Below are positions 10,837 through 24,300 of a stretch of DNA of 64,000 bases, one piece after another (positions within the stretch are counted from its first letter, which is position 1; every line of letters starts with the position of its first letter). Made by a program: the position numbers and the translations under genes. A model generated the notes under the pieces. That model searched no databases. It worked only from the letters and a program-made list of their open reading frames with translations, and was not told the DNA's origin. This DNA is from Anthoceros angustus (taxonomy: Eukaryota > Plantae > Anthocerotophyta), in contig VJWM01000239.1 of assembly GCA_010909165.1 (NCBI GenBank), positions 62,001-126,000 on the forward strand. Reading direction: 5' to 3'.

Positions 10837-13136
10837 ATGATCCAGGGCGGGCGCGGGTATGGGGAGGAAGGTGGGCGGAATGTTCATTCCGTGGAGCTGA
10901 GTCCGGAGGAGGAGGAGCAGCAGCAGCAGCAGAGGACGGGGTGGCGGCCCAGCAGGAGCCTCACCATGCCGCCTCCGGTGATACGGCTCTACGGAGATGG
11001 GGATGGGGAGGAGGCGGGCCCCGGGGATCCGGAGGAGGAGCCCGGGAGGCGGAGCACGGCCGCGCCCTTGTACTTCATCTGCCCGATCTCGCTGGAGCTG
11101 ATGAAGGACCCGGTGACGCTGTGCACGGGGCAGACGTATGATCGGGAGAACATCGTGCGGTGGATCGAGTCCGGCCACAGGACGTGCCCCGCCACGGGCC
11201 AGGCCCTGCAGACGCTGGAGCTCATCCCGAACCACATGCTCAGGAGCCTGGTGCAGGAGTGGAGCACGATGAATCAGCGCATCGGGGTGGAGCCGGTTGT
11301 GAGCCCCTTGCCCACCGTGAAAGCGCAGGAGGTGAGTGTGATCTTGGTGATGGGTGGTGAGATTTCAGGGAAGAAAGAAGTCTGGATTCTTGATTCCGAG
11401 ATGTGGGCTGTGCATGTGGAGTAATGTGTGACAGTCGCTGGGTGGGTTGCAGGTGGGCGAATTGCTGCTGCAGATGAAGGAGGGGCCGGGGAAGCATGAG
11501 GCGGTGAGGCGGTTGCACGGGCTGGCGCGGCAGAGCATCAAGAACCAGGTGTGCATTGCTGAGCTGGGGGCGGTTCCCGTGCTGGCATCCCTGCTCTACA
11601 GCCAGGCGGAGGCGGAGATGGATGTGGTGCGGGCGGCCAAGCTGGCGGGGGTGGCCCGGGCGTCCACCGAGTCCCAGGAGCAGGGCTCGCCGTCGCCGGA
11701 CCGGCCCGGGGAAGATCTGCATGCCACCAGGAGGGGGAGCAACGCCACGGAGGTGGCCTCCACCAGCTCGCCAGCTTCCTTCAGGTCGGTGCCTCCCAGC
11801 CCGGAGCGGGACATTCTGGAGATCGTGGAGAGGTCGGAGCTGAAGGCGTCCTCCAGGCGGTCGCCCTTCCGGCGGCGGCAGGGGGATGACAACGCCGAGC
11901 CCAGCTACACCTGCTTTCCGGCTCTAGGCCGACGCAGGCACACGGCCAAGTCCTTTCTCCACGGGCCGGGGATGAATTCGAATTCCTCTCCCATGGCCAG
12001 GGATGTGGGTGTTGTGGAAGCCGAGGTGAAGACGACGGACCCGACCCAGACTGCTTCAGCTTCTGCGCCCAGGCAGGACCAGGGATCGAGGGGAGCAGCA
12101 GCTTCGAGAACGCTTTATCACGCGGATCCAGTTTCTGGGGTGAGATTACCCCGCATGTTGCAATGTCGGAGTCTGAGAAGGATGCGCTTCTCGCCTGCGA
12201 GGAAGCTCTGGCCCTCCTCAACCTCCTTCCGCTGGGAGATGACGACAGGCAGCTGATCATGGCGATTACGAATCGGGGCATAGCCATCTCCTGGTTCCTC
12301 CGGACTGAAGCCCGGATCAGCATCAAGCTCAACGCGCTCAGGTTGGTGAGGAACTTGGTGGGTTTGAGGGAGCTGGCGGGCCTGATTGGATCACGGCACG
12401 CCACATTCGTCAGGCTGCTGCGGTTTGTGAGGCACGATTTGCACCCGGAAGGGCTGAAGCTGGTGCTAGAAATCCTGCTCTTGATCTGCGGGTCCGGGGC
12501 TGCGCAGATGAAGAGGAGTCGACGCCGGGGCGGTGGAGTCTCTTCTCAGCTTCCTGGAAGCCCAGGTGGACGGCAGGCTGGATCGGTCTCCAATTATCGA
12601 CAACAGGCTGCCGTCTCCTAAGCCAGATCCGTGCCGGCCTCGGACTGCTCTTGACAGTCCGACGTCCTCCGGCACTCCCTTCAGTATGTTGACAGAAATG
12701 TGCAGGCCGCCATAGCCATCTCCTGAAGGAGGATGCGGGCGAGGAGCAGCACCTCTACCTGCGTCACGGAACTGCAGGCTGAACAAGGAGCTGGCGCTGC
12801 GCGTTGTGGACAAGCTGGTGGGCAAGGACCCGGACAGGTTGGCTATTGTGGCCAAATGCAAGGCAGGAATTCCGACCCTTGTTCGGCACATGGGCAGATT
12901 TCACCCCAGGCGACAGAGATCTGTGCTTCCATTCTGCGGGCTCTGTGTGGGCTGGAAAGCACGGACACTGCAACCACATACGATGTAGAAGTAGCAAGAC
13001 GGGCTGCAATTCAAGCTGGTGTCATCGATCAACTTGTGTTTGTTGTGCAGAGTGGTTGCACAGCAAAACTCGCCAGTCTGCTGCCCAATTGCTCAGAATC
13101 TTGAATTGGAAGCACAATTCGGGGAGTCCCTCCTGA
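10837..13136 (+). CDS. plant U-box/ARM E3 ubiquitin ligase; 3' half frameshifted as assembled
   Basis: ATG 10837. U-box YFICPISLELMKDPVTLCTGQTYDRENIVRW...TCPATGQ...LIPNHMLRSLVQEW. Intron 11332-11452 (GT-AG, phase 0). ARM-like region ends ...QLLRILNWKHNSGSPS* (13134-13136). Several 1-2 bp deletions after ~12139 relative to the intact duplicate at 13635-14996. Confidence 0.85.
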
Positions 13137-13634
13137 GCGAAGCTTCTCGACCTCACTCGCATTTTTATTTCCCCGGGACAGTATTTGCAGTCGTTGGCAC
13201 GTTCATTAACCAAACCCGACAAGTTTAACGTACTCCCAGCCCTTCATCAGCAGCTCGTACAAAGCTACACATGCTTAAGGTGTCTGGGGAGATCCAAGCC
13301 GTTCGGTGTAGAATGCATATGCGTGACCTATTCTTTCATTTTAATTTTCTTACGAGTTCCAAAGACCAAGGTCTTTTAAAGTAACGACACTGATCAAACA
13401 AGGTAAAAAAGTCTTTAAAGTAAGACACTGATCAAATAAGGTAAAAAAGTTAAAAGTTAGCAGATATAAAAAGCTAAGTTAGTAGTTGCCTTGTTGAGAA
13501 GATGCATGTGTTGCACGCTTATGCAATCTCCTATTAAAGAGGAAGTGCTATAGCCACTTATGAAACCTGCCTAGAGAGGACTCTTAGTGATCAGTGGTTT
13601 GTAAGAATTCCTAGATTTAGCAGCTACTTAGTTG

Positions 13635-15490
13635 AGGTCGGTGCCTCCCAGCCCGGAGCGGGACATTCTGGAGATCGTGGAGAGGTCGGAGCTGAAGGCG
13701 TCCTCCAGGCGGTCGCCCTTCCGGCGGCGGCAGGGGGATGACAACGCCGAGCCCAGCTACACCTGCTTTCCGGCTCTAGGCCGACGCAGGCACACGGCCA
13801 AGTCCTTTCTCCACGGGCCGGGGATGAATTCGAATTCCTCTCCCATGGCCAGGGATGTGGGTGTTGTGGAAGCCGAGGTGAAGACGACGGACCCGACCCA
13901 GACTGCTTCAGCTTCTGCGCCCAGGCAGGACCAGGGATCGAGGGGAGCAGCAGCTTCGAGAACGCTTTATCACGCGGATCCAGTTTCTGGGGGTGAGATT
14001 ACCCCGCATGTTGCAATGTCGGAGTCTGAGAAGGATGCGCTTCTCGCCTGCGAGGAAGCTCTGGCCCTCCTCAACCTCCTTCCGCTGGGAGATGACGACA
14101 GGCAGCTGATCATGGCGATTACGAATCGGGGCATAGCCATCTCCTGGTTCCTCCGGACTGAAGCCCGGATCAGCATCAAGCTCAACGCGCTCAGGTTGGT
14201 GAGGAACTTGGTGGGTTTGAGGGAGCTGGCGGGCCTGATTGGATCACGGCACGCCACATTCGTCAGGCTGCTGCGGTTTGTGAGGCACGATTTGCACCCG
14301 GAAGGGCTGAAGCTGGTGCTAGAAATCCTGCTCTTGATCTGCGGGTCCGGGGCTGCGCAGATGAAGAGGGGAGTCGACGCCGGGGCGGTGGAGTCTCTTC
14401 TCAGCTTCCTGGAAGCCCAGGTGGACGGCAGGCTGGATCGGTCTCCAATTATCGACAACAGGCTGCCGTCTCCCAAGCCAGATCCGTGCCGGCCTCGGAC
14501 TGCTCTTGACAGTCCGACGTCCTCCGGGCACTCCCTTCAGTATGTTGACAGAAATGTGCAGGCCGCCATAGCCCATCTCCTGAAGGAGGATGCGGAGCGA
14601 GGAGCAGCACCTCTACCTGCGTCACGGAACTGCAGGCTGAACAAGGAGCTGGCGCTGCGCGTTGTGGACAAGCTGGTGGGCAAGGACCCGGACAGGTTGG
14701 CTATTGTGGCCAAATGCAAGGCAGGAATTCCGACCCTTGTTCGGCACATGGGCAAGATTTCACCCCAGGCGACAGAGATCTGTGCTTCCATTCTGCGGGC
14801 TCTGTGTGGGCTGGAAAGCACGGACACTGCAACCACATACGATGTAGAAGTAGCAAGACGGGCTGCAATTCAAGCTGGTGTCATCGATCAACTTGTGTTT
14901 GTTGTGCAGAGTGGTTGCACAGCAAAAACTCGCCAGTCTGCTGCCCAATTGCTCAGAATCTTGAATTGGAAGCACAATTCGGGGAGTCCCTCCTGAGCGA
15001 AGCTTCTCGACCTCACTCGCATTTTTATTTCCCAGGACAGTATTTGCAGTCGTTGGCACGTTCATTAACCAAACCCGACAAGTTTAACGTACTCCCAGCC
15101 CTTCATCAGCAGCTCGTACAAAGCTACATGCTTAAGGTGTCTGGGAGATCCAAGCCGTTCGGTGTAGAATGCATATGCGTGACCTATTCTTTCATTTTAA
15201 TTTTCTTACGAGTTCCAAAGACCAAGGTCTTTTAAAGTAACGACACTGATCAAACAAGGTAAAAAAGTCTTTAAAGTAAGACACTGATCAAATAAGGTAA
15301 AAAAGTTAAAAGTTAGCAGATATAAAAAGCTAAGTTAGTAGTTGCCTTGTTGAGAAGATGCATGTGTTGCACGCTTATGCAATCTCCTATTAAAGAGGAA
15401 GTGCTATAGCCACTTATGAAACCTGCCTAGAGAGGACTCTTAGTGATCAGTGGTTTGTAAGAATTCCTAGATTTAGCAGCTACTTAGTTG
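13635..15490 (+). repeat. tandem direct duplication (~1.85 kb) of 11783-13634: 3' half of the U-box gene plus 3' flank
   Basis: Near-identical sequence. Both junctions share AGGTCGG (11783, 13635, 15491). This copy keeps an open frame to the stop at 14996 but has no U-box or start codon. Confidence 0.95.
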
Positions 15491-15960
15491 AGGTCGGGCT
15501 GTGGGATACATAAGGACGAGAACAAGGGCTTTGAGGAGGAGAGAACAAAGGCTTTGAGGAGAATGAGACATTCACTCTTTGAGAGAGCAGGCAAGTGTGC
15601 GCTACAAGCCTTGTGTTGTGAGAGAGAGCTGTGGAGAGCAAGCTTGTTGACAGAGAGTTGTAGAGAGCAAGCTTGTCGTGGAGAGTTGTAGAGAGCAAGC
15701 TTGTCGTGGAGTCAAGGGCAGTAGCCAGTTCGACGTAAACAGCCAGATTCCATCGTTGTATTTTTTCAATAAAGAGCAGCACCCGGAGGAAGTGGCCTGC
15801 GACTTGTCAGTGGACGGCGGGCTACTTGGAGCCTAGTGCTGTGTCGCGAGGTTGAGAGCACTGAGAATCATGCCAGTCTCTTGTGGAGTGAATTGGCAAG
15901 GTCCTAAGCTGGAAAGTCAGCACTTGTCGCTTCCTTACTGGCGGCATAGCGATAGTGTTA
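15235..15960. mobile_element. ~0.7-kb LTR-like insertion between the U-box 3' end and OTU copy 1
   Basis: Absent from paralogous units B-D, which have the 48-bp array here. Contains a TGTTGAG start at 15348, a GA-rich stretch and 28-bp internal repeats (gagagttgtagagagcaagcttgtcgtg). No TSD identified. Confidence 0.35.
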
Positions 15961-16042
15961 ATTTAAGCCTCTTTGAATAAATTTTTTTACAAAGTCCAAA
16001 GACAAACGTCTTAAGCCCCATGTTGAAGGCTATATACACTAT

Positions 16043-16872
16043 ATGATATTTCTAAAGATGGCTCAATTAAGCACCAAGAGAAAACTATCTCCTTCCGATT
16101 TTGATTCAAAGAAAGATTTGCCTATATCGGTGCATAAAAAAAAAGCAAAGATCACACACGAACCGAATATTAGTTCGGCGAATTCCAAGGTTGTTTCAAA
16201 GAGATGCACATCCGTAAGGATCCCATGTGAACGGAGTGCGGCGAATACTAGTCCAGCGAAGTCGAAGATTGTTTCAAAGAGTTTCACATTTGCAAAGATC
16301 CCACATGAACGCAATGTAGCGAAATCGAAGGTTGTTTCAAAGAGTTTCACACTTGTAAAGATCCCACATGAATGTAGTGCAGCGAAATCAAAGGATGTTT
16401 CAGAGAGTTTCGATTTCACATCACCCATTGATAGGAAAATATTGCAACCAAATGAATACAAGATCATTCATGTTGAAGGGGATGGAAAATGTTTGTTCAG
16501 AGCTGTCGCTGGATCATACTTTTACGGGAAGTTAGATAACGCTAGTCAAGGCGCGTGGCGGATGTTTTACGCAAAAGGGCTATGACCGAATTAGAAAGCC
16601 GTCGAGACACCTACAAAGATTTAGTAGAGGGCGACATAGACAACTATATTAAGAGGATGAGTATGGTCACGGAGTGGGGTGGCGAATTAGAGCTCTTGAT
16701 GTTAGCACAAGTCTTAAAAACATCAATCTCAGTTTATGTCAAATGTCAAGGAGGGGTCATATTTCTTGCAAAATATGAACCCATTGAATTTGAAAAGAAA
16801 AAATCACGTACCGTCAATGTATGGTATAACGGCAACTCCCATTATAATTTTATACAATTATCACCTCATTAG
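16043..16872 (+). CDS. OTU-family deubiquitinase, copy 1 (one 1-bp frameshift near 16550)
   Basis: VEGDGKCLFRAVA (catalytic Asp/Cys), EWGGELELLMLAQVL, VWYNGNSHY (catalytic His). Basic N-terminus with 21-aa repeats. Lacks one T (caaggcgcgtgg) relative to copies 2-4 (caaggtcgcgtgg). Confidence 0.8.
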
Positions 16873-17990
16873 CTCTTTATACATTTGATAGGTATTTTAT
16901 TAAGAAATATATTTGAAACTATGGTTATAAATGTTATTGTAGTTGAGTTATATTCAATCTTTATTTATAGTTTATTTCAAAAACTTTCTAACATCAAGAT
17001 TTATCTCTTGACGGTGGCCCTACTTTTTAGTTGCCAAGCTTGCATGCATAGTCCCTACTTGCATGCAGTCTTTGACTGTTGCATACTGAACCGTTTGAGC
17101 AACAGCAATCTCAATTTCAAATTCTGGTGCCCCCAAATAAGAGACAATCGTCTGCAATTATTGCTGCTTCTTAGTCTAGGTGGAGAGGGGTGGATGGCGC
17201 ATTTTAATTGTGACGTCCGTCTCACCTGTGTCCAATCTCACAACACCTTCTTCCGGCCCACCTTTGCTTGACGGAACCGTGCAGGTCACATCTACTGGCA
17301 CTACTAGGAAAAGTATCCTTTTACAACGGATTTTACAACGAGTTTACATCACTTTTACAACGACCGTTGTAAAATTATTGTTGTAAACACCCCTTAGTAA
17401 TATACGTTGTAAAAACGTCAAATGTATATACTACATAGACGTATATGTCCTTGCATATAGTATACGAACATGGTCTACACTGTTGTAAAATGGACTGTTG
17501 TAAATATTCTAAATCCTGCTCCATGGACATTAGTGCCATATACAAACTGGGCACATTGTGGGTGAATCCGAAGTCTTATCTTACTCCAGTCAGTTATGTA
17601 TGCCGTTATAAATATGGACGGCCTGTTATTGAAACCATGGTAAATTGAGTCGTTGTAAAACCTTTCTACCGTTATAAATATCTCCACAAATTCAAACTAT
17701 TATAAATAATAATAAATTAACCCATTACAAACTCCAATATTTTCAATAAAATATACCATTGTAAAAAGTTTCCCGCCCAAATTCAAATCCTTGTAAAAAA
17801 TGTATACCATTGTAAATTCTACAGTTATAAATATTTCCCCCCAAAATTCAAATCGATGTAAATAATTCAACCCGTTGTAAATTCTGCTGTTGTAAAGAGT
17901 TTCTGCCTTTGTAGATTTCTCCCACCAAAATTCAAAACATTGTTAATAATTTAAACCAATATAAATTCTGATGTTGCAAATAATTCAGGT

Positions 17991-18128
17991 TATAGTATAT
18001 AGTATATAGTATATAGTATATAGTATATAGTATATAATATATAATTATATAGTATAGTATATAGTATATAGTATATAGTATATAGTATATAATTATATAG
18101 TATATAGTATATAGTATATAGTATATAT
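17991..18128. repeat. (TATAG)n microsatellite inside CACTA
   Basis: read directly. Confidence 0.9.
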
Positions 18129-18441
18129 TGAATAGTAAATAGTAAGTAATAAGTAGTAAATATTATAAATAGTTTGGGCTATTGTAAAGTATTTCAAAAT
18201 TGTCCTATAGAAAAAATTGCCAAAAATTGCACTATATTTGCTACTAGGCAAAAATCCTACAGTACTCTACTACAACACTACCTATAGTAGTCTACTGTAA
18301 TTAATATGTAATTGCTACCAACTTTCAACCATCTCCAATTCATCATAAGAGGCCTGAAAAAATACAGACATCAAAGAGGTGTTCATCATTAGATTCGAGC
18401 CCTCGCAATAGCTTTGTACAATCAAGACGTTCAATAGACGA

Positions 18442-20340
18442 TTACCTACAATCATGCAGAAGCATTATTCTTCTACATAGACGAGGAAGCATATGGTTTA
18501 GCATAAAACCATCATCTTCAACAATGTTGTGATAGATAGCCTCCATCACCTTGGCATCTGACTCTTCAATTCCATACTCTGCAGCAATCAAGTCGTTCCA
18601 CATAGTTAAAGCCTTCATCTTCTTCCCATTTGAGTGCTGTTGTTGAACCATAGGAGGGGCAGGGTGTCCACTCTCCTTCCAATATGCATTCAACTTCTTC
18701 AGCCATAAACCTAGTTTGGACGCCATAGTAGCAATCTCCTGAGTTGTGGGGCTCTTACCAAACCTACCTTCATACCGAGCCACAAAGGCCTTCTGACCTC
18801 CATTGCCAAAATGAGCGAAAGGTTTGATCATGTTTGTTGCAGCCACCTTCTGCTGGGATGGGGCCACTACCCCATCCCTCTTGTCACATTCCTCCTTCAA
18901 GAAAATCTGCTAGTGCTCCTCCTTCACAGATTTGGGCCTCACCTTCTTGATTCCGTCCAAAAGGTTGCTAGCTTCCCTCCGCACATTGTTCCTCCAAAAC
19001 TTGATGTTACTGGAGAAAAACTGCATCGCAATGGCATCCACAGTCCAAGGACCAAATATCAATGTGCGAATGTTAGATTCCACAAGGAGTCTTGTACCCT
19101 CAGTCTCATCCCAAAAGCTTTGTACCAATGGATTGCAGAAAAATCTCGCACTCCAGCAACACTGGTCTCTCATGTGCACCCAGGAATTGGTGTCACGCGG
19201 ATCCGGTGTCATTGCCCTGGTATGACCGCACCACGCTCCATCTCTTGTTGCACATGCCATATACCTCACACATTGCTTCCACCCTCCACACCACGCGCGG
19301 CCCCTCGCACGTCACGGTGCCCCTCTTTTCTCGCGCGGGAGGTCGCAGGGGACAGTGGCCCTTTTTCATGCACGACAATTACTTCCAAGTATGATTTTGT
19401 TCACTGGAATATTAGGTTTTTCGTTTGGAGATCCGCGGTGCACACTACTACTACTACTACTACTACACTACTACTACTACTATTACTACTACTATTACTA
19501 CTACTACCTCATGCTGCTTTTGACCGTACTACCCCATGGCATGCCTCTTCCATTTACGTAATATGGGAGTCCGCCATGCTGCTTTTGACTGCACTACCTC
19601 ATGGCATGCCTCTTGGATTTATCTAGCAATATAGTAGTCTGCCATGGGAATCCATCTTCTCCAAACTTGTTTGGCCTACATATTGATGAGGTGGAATGAA
19701 GTTGGATTGCGGAGTGTGCAGATCATGGCCGTCTCCCCTAGCTAGATCCCCCTGCTACATGCGTGCCGTTATACTTCAAATGTGTACTGGGTGGGAGATG
19801 GCATTGTGCTTTTGGGTCACCTGTGCCGAGGGCCTTCAAGGACAAGTGGATGTATCATGGCACTTGGGCGAGGCCGTAGAGTGCCAAAAAAAAGGGGTTT
19901 GGTTTGGTTTGGTTTGGTGAGCTATGCCTACCTATAATGAATCCTACAACCAGCGCAAAAGCAATACGACCATAGTTAGAATCTAACAATGAAACACTAA
20001 CCACTCAAAGCTTGAACATCAAGCTCTGAATCTTCAGGCTTGAACAACATGCTTGAATATTCAGGCTTGAACATGCGACCTAAACAACAGGTCTGATGAC
20101 ACACTCTTATGGTACATTAGGAACTACCCGTAGGAAAACCAGATGGTGGCACTCGAATCTACTAGTGGAAAAAGAGAACAAAAATTAAATCAACTTACCT
20201 GACACAGGTCATATATCCTCTTCGGGAATATCATACTCCACATCAAAATTTCTTCGACGCTTCACAAGACGAAGGACAAGTTCATCGACATCTTCTGCAC
20301 AACATGCGCCCTCCTTACATATCTATACACCAGCTTTAAC
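18442..20340 (-). pseudogene. CACTA accessory (TnpA/Ptta-like) gene remnant
   Basis: Minus-strand frames FWRNNVRREASNLLDGIKKVRPKSVKEEH*...MKEECDK...HFGNGGQKAFVARYEGRFGKSPT resemble the H-x-G-x-GG region of En/Spm accessory proteins. In-frame stops present. Confidence 0.5.
19444..19507. repeat. (CTA)n microsatellite inside CACTA
   Basis: read directly. Confidence 0.9.
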
Positions 20341-21204
20341 CCTCTTGCTCACGGTCCTCTTCAATACTTCATGAATGGGGGTCCTTTGACCTCCTGGAAG
20401 GAGTGGAGCTTCCTTAGGTCCTTCATGAATCTCCCTGTCACGAGGGCAATCATCGCCATCGGCTTGACTATCACACACAGCTTCATACACCTCATCATAA
20501 GGCGTGACATGGTGGACAAGACGGGAATTGTGGAATTCCCCACTGCACGATCTACTGGGAGACCTGCTACATAATGTTTGCCTGGGGTATCCTACACCCC
20601 TGGCCTACATCCTCCATCTCCACCAGCCCTAGTTGAGGGCATCTGATGCCACGCTGGTGTGGATATCTCGCCATGAAGAGGATACCTAGCCATCTCAATG
20701 ACCCACTCTGGCATTTCCTTCAATTTCTCACCCCTAGATGTATGTGCAGGCTTCAATTTTGATCGTGGCACCTCGTGGCACGGCGATCGTGGCACTCTGG
20801 ACACCTCCAAGGCTTCTCCAGATGTTGGTAGTAGCGATGCAAGGGGCTCATGCCTACATCTCGCTTGCCTCATCACGGCCTGCATCTCGCCAAGGACAGT
20901 AGATGTCGTGAAAATCGACATGTGGAGCACAGCCTTCCCATACAAACGTGCAGCGGGTGCGGTGGCGCCATCCCCACGCGTGCGGTGCGGGCGCAATCCC
21001 CATCCCCACGCTGCGGCGCGGCGCCATCTCCACGCGCCGCTCTTGCGGCCCTCACGAACATGCACTGCGGTGCCATCCCCATCCCCATGCGCTGCAGGTG
21101 CAGTGACCCCATCTCCACGCGCCGCTCTTGCAGCCCTCCCAAAAGCACAAGTTGCACCTGCAGCGACGCCATCTCTACGCAAGGCTCCACCAGCCCTCCC
21201 ACTT

Positions 21205-21365
21205 ATACGGGCTGCACTTGCAAGAGCGCCATCCCCATCCCCACGCGCTGCTGCAGCAGCAAGAGCGCCATCCCCACGCGCCGCTGCTGCAGCAAGAGCG
21301 CCATCCCCACGCGCTGCTGGTACAGCAAGAGCGCCATCCCCACGCGCTGCTGCTGCTGCAGGAGC
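21205..21365. repeat. 30-36 bp GC-rich tandem repeat (gcagcaagagcgccatccccacgcgctgct) within the CACTA left arm
   Basis: About 4-5 copies. Frame-preserving; the minus strand translates as AAAARGDGAL repeats. Confidence 0.8.
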
Positions 21366-24300
21366 GCGTTCCCCACGCCAAGTCCTCTCAGCCTTCTTCA
21401 TAGTTTGCGAACCCATCTTCCACATATTCTCGAGAAAAATGAAGCCCGCCAGTGATCACATCCTTGTTGTGGCTTTTACATGGCCCTTTGCCCCGACCTC
21501 TACACCTGCCATGAAAAGATCTCCTTGCCTCTTTCCCACGCGCCCCACGTCCGGGGTCCTCCTCCTCTACCACCCTGGACGGTCCTGAATGATTTCATGT
21601 TGAAGATACATAGGGAGACTTCCCACACTTGCCTCGTCCTCGCACAATACTGCTAGTGCATTCGACAACATATTGGCTCTCAAATTCTGCATCAGATAGC
21701 TCTTTCTCGAGAATGTGAGTTGCCTCCATCCTTTTGGATTTGAGCTTGCTCCATTTCTCCCTCAAGCCTGACCCTGCACCACCCAACATTGTTTTTGCAG
21801 CCATCAAGTTCCTGCTATTCACACCCTGCTGTGAGTCCTCGAGCCCCATACCACCAATCACCGTGTCGACAGCAGCATCTCCACATGTGAGGGTTGTTGT
21901 TGTCAAGCGTCTAATGTCTGTATCTGCCTCCGCATGAAATATCGGCTTCTTGTGTTTGGGCATCTGGACGAACAGCAGGTTGTGAGTAGCAGGAGTTGTG
22001 GAGCACACAAATCAAGATATACAGCCATGCCTGAGAAGCAAGCAAGAAGAAAACAGACAAAGGTGGAGTATTGTGTTGTAGTTCGCCCGTACCTTGACCT
22101 AGTCACGCAGCATGCGGTCGCCATTATCCGCACTGTAAAACCCGGATCAGATGCACCCTTTACAATGAAGTGGCTGCTGTAAACCTAAAGGCAAAGACGT
22201 GTTGTTGAGGAAGATGGGATAACGGCTACCTGGCCACGGGCGGGAATGCAACCGAGGTACTAGACCCCGCTCAAAGCTTTGGCAGGAAAGGATGGGTTCG
22301 GAACGCAGTTAGGTTTTAGCTGTCGGTTTGTACAATGGTGGCAGCTGGAGAACTCTCGTGAAAAAAATGGTTGCTAGCATATACGATACAAAGTATGCAA
22401 AGCATTCAGTCTCTTGCTTGCAGGAATGCCAACACTGGCAGCACAATTTTGTTTCTCCATCTCAGCAAATCTTGCCACGTATCTACAACGTGTGCAAGGT
22501 GTGTGTATCGCAGATACCATCATCCAGCGCCCGGCAGGAAAGGCACAGACGGCTTCTATACAATGCAGGACACTATTATACACAGTCTAATGATGAAACT
22601 GTTGCTAGTCGGAAACTTATGAGTCTTCCTTGCCAAGTTTGCTGCAGTCTGTTAAATTTGTTTCCATCTGAACCCTTGGAGAACAATAAACACATGCAAA
22701 CTGTAACGGCTAAGTATCCTAACCAAGTTAAGTAAATGAGTCACAAGTAGACCACATGAAACCGCACCATTGATGCTCATGTGCTGCACTTTTTTAGGAT
22801 TTCGCAATCTTAGCCAGCGCTCCAAGAACACAAAGTCCAAGTCCGCAAGGCATAATTCCAACAAATCAAGCCTCACGGCATAACTTTGATCAAATTGCGG
22901 AAGAATGGAGTGCAAGTCGTTCGATTAAGATCCTCCACACTCCAGATAGAGGAATCACCACGCCTCCTGGTGAGAGCTCCAAGTTCGAATCTGATGCCGC
23001 GCGGACGTCGAGGCATGTACTAATAGATTATTTTTCCTTAGCAAACAGGGCTTCGTATAGAAGATGTAAACGATCTGGATTCGAAAACTCCCTGTTGGAT
23101 TGCGTCTTTGAGTGATTTTTTTTGTTTTTTTTGTTAAGTGTGGTGTTAAAGTGAGTCAGGTTGTCAGTAGGAAGGGATATTTATACTTGAAAAGGTTCTT
23201 GGCCTATGGGGGTTGGGTTGTTTCCTAGGTTAAATAATAAATGGTCCTCGGATCATAAACGCGATATTCCTTGGCCTTTGGTCTCGGAATATCTAGTAAA
23301 AGTCTATATATGTGGGAGTGGGGGCCCCATACATGGCAGAAGTTGCTAAGTCCATAAGTTAGAGGTCGATCCAACCAGGGGTAGTCCACGGGAGGAGGGG
23401 GAGGGACCAGGGCTTACCTTCTGCAAGTGAGGACCCGAAGTGGATACTTCTTCCACTGTGCCCAGGTATGGGGATTGGCCCCCTATTATATGGAGGCAGT
23501 TTTGGAGGAGCTAACGGAAGAAGAAGTCCAAGCATGGGTGGATGAAGAGCCCGTAATAATCCTCAGCAATAGGCGGCAGGCAGGAGTGGGGGAAGCTCAG
23601 GGACAGGACATACCCCCGATTAGGTGCGAAAGGACATCCAGCAGTGGCAGCGAGGTGGAGGTCCTATGGGAGGACTTGTCAGATCAGTGGCGAGGAAGGA
23701 GGGCTCGTAAAGGCAGCAGTGGAGGACGGAGGGCCAGGCGGCCAAGTCGGTGAGAAATCTGGTGGGCTATGACGCCCCAGCCGATGTACAAAAGGGGCGA
23801 ATTGTGCCCCTCACATCAGATAATTCCTGGTTGAGATCCCAATGCTTCCTGTGGCTGGTTAGAGACGTCCGATTAGCAGAGGTAGTGTGCGCGAGACGCT
23901 CCTAGGGGTGGTCGAGAGCTTGCTCCGCAACTGGTGGAGAGGGGGGTGAGTGAGCGCTCCCCGCTGACAAAGGAGGAGGAAATCGAGGGACTGGCGTGGG
24001 GTGGGTCTGGAGCTTGCTCGTAACGCCTGCTGTGACGCCCGCGAATTTCCCTTCCTCTCACCTTCCCCGTTGGTTGTGTTCCAAAAACTAAAGTGTGTGT
24101 GGTGTGTGGTCGGAAGCCTGAGGGCGAATCGAGAGTGAGAGAAAGAAGGTGAGAGAAATGGGAGGAGCGAGATGTGGACGGAGGAGAAGAGTGGGTGAAG
24201 GAGTGACTGAGCACTGTACACGATGCGAGGTGTGAAGCTGTGAAGGGAAGATGAGAAGGAGAACTAATTGAGAGACTAACAGTGGGAATTTGCGCGGATC

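Noticed and set aside
10015-11235. 406-aa minus-strand ORF
   Set aside because: Antisense shadow of the GC-rich U-box exon and leader; low complexity, no domain
18811-19626. 271-aa plus-strand ORF with poly-Thr/Leu
   Set aside because: Antisense to the TnpA-like remnant; homopolymeric tracts come from the (CTA)n microsatellite
20592-21588. Overlapping long ORFs on both strands
   Set aside because: Produced by a GC-rich frame-preserving repeat; no independent coding evidence, so only the repeat is reported
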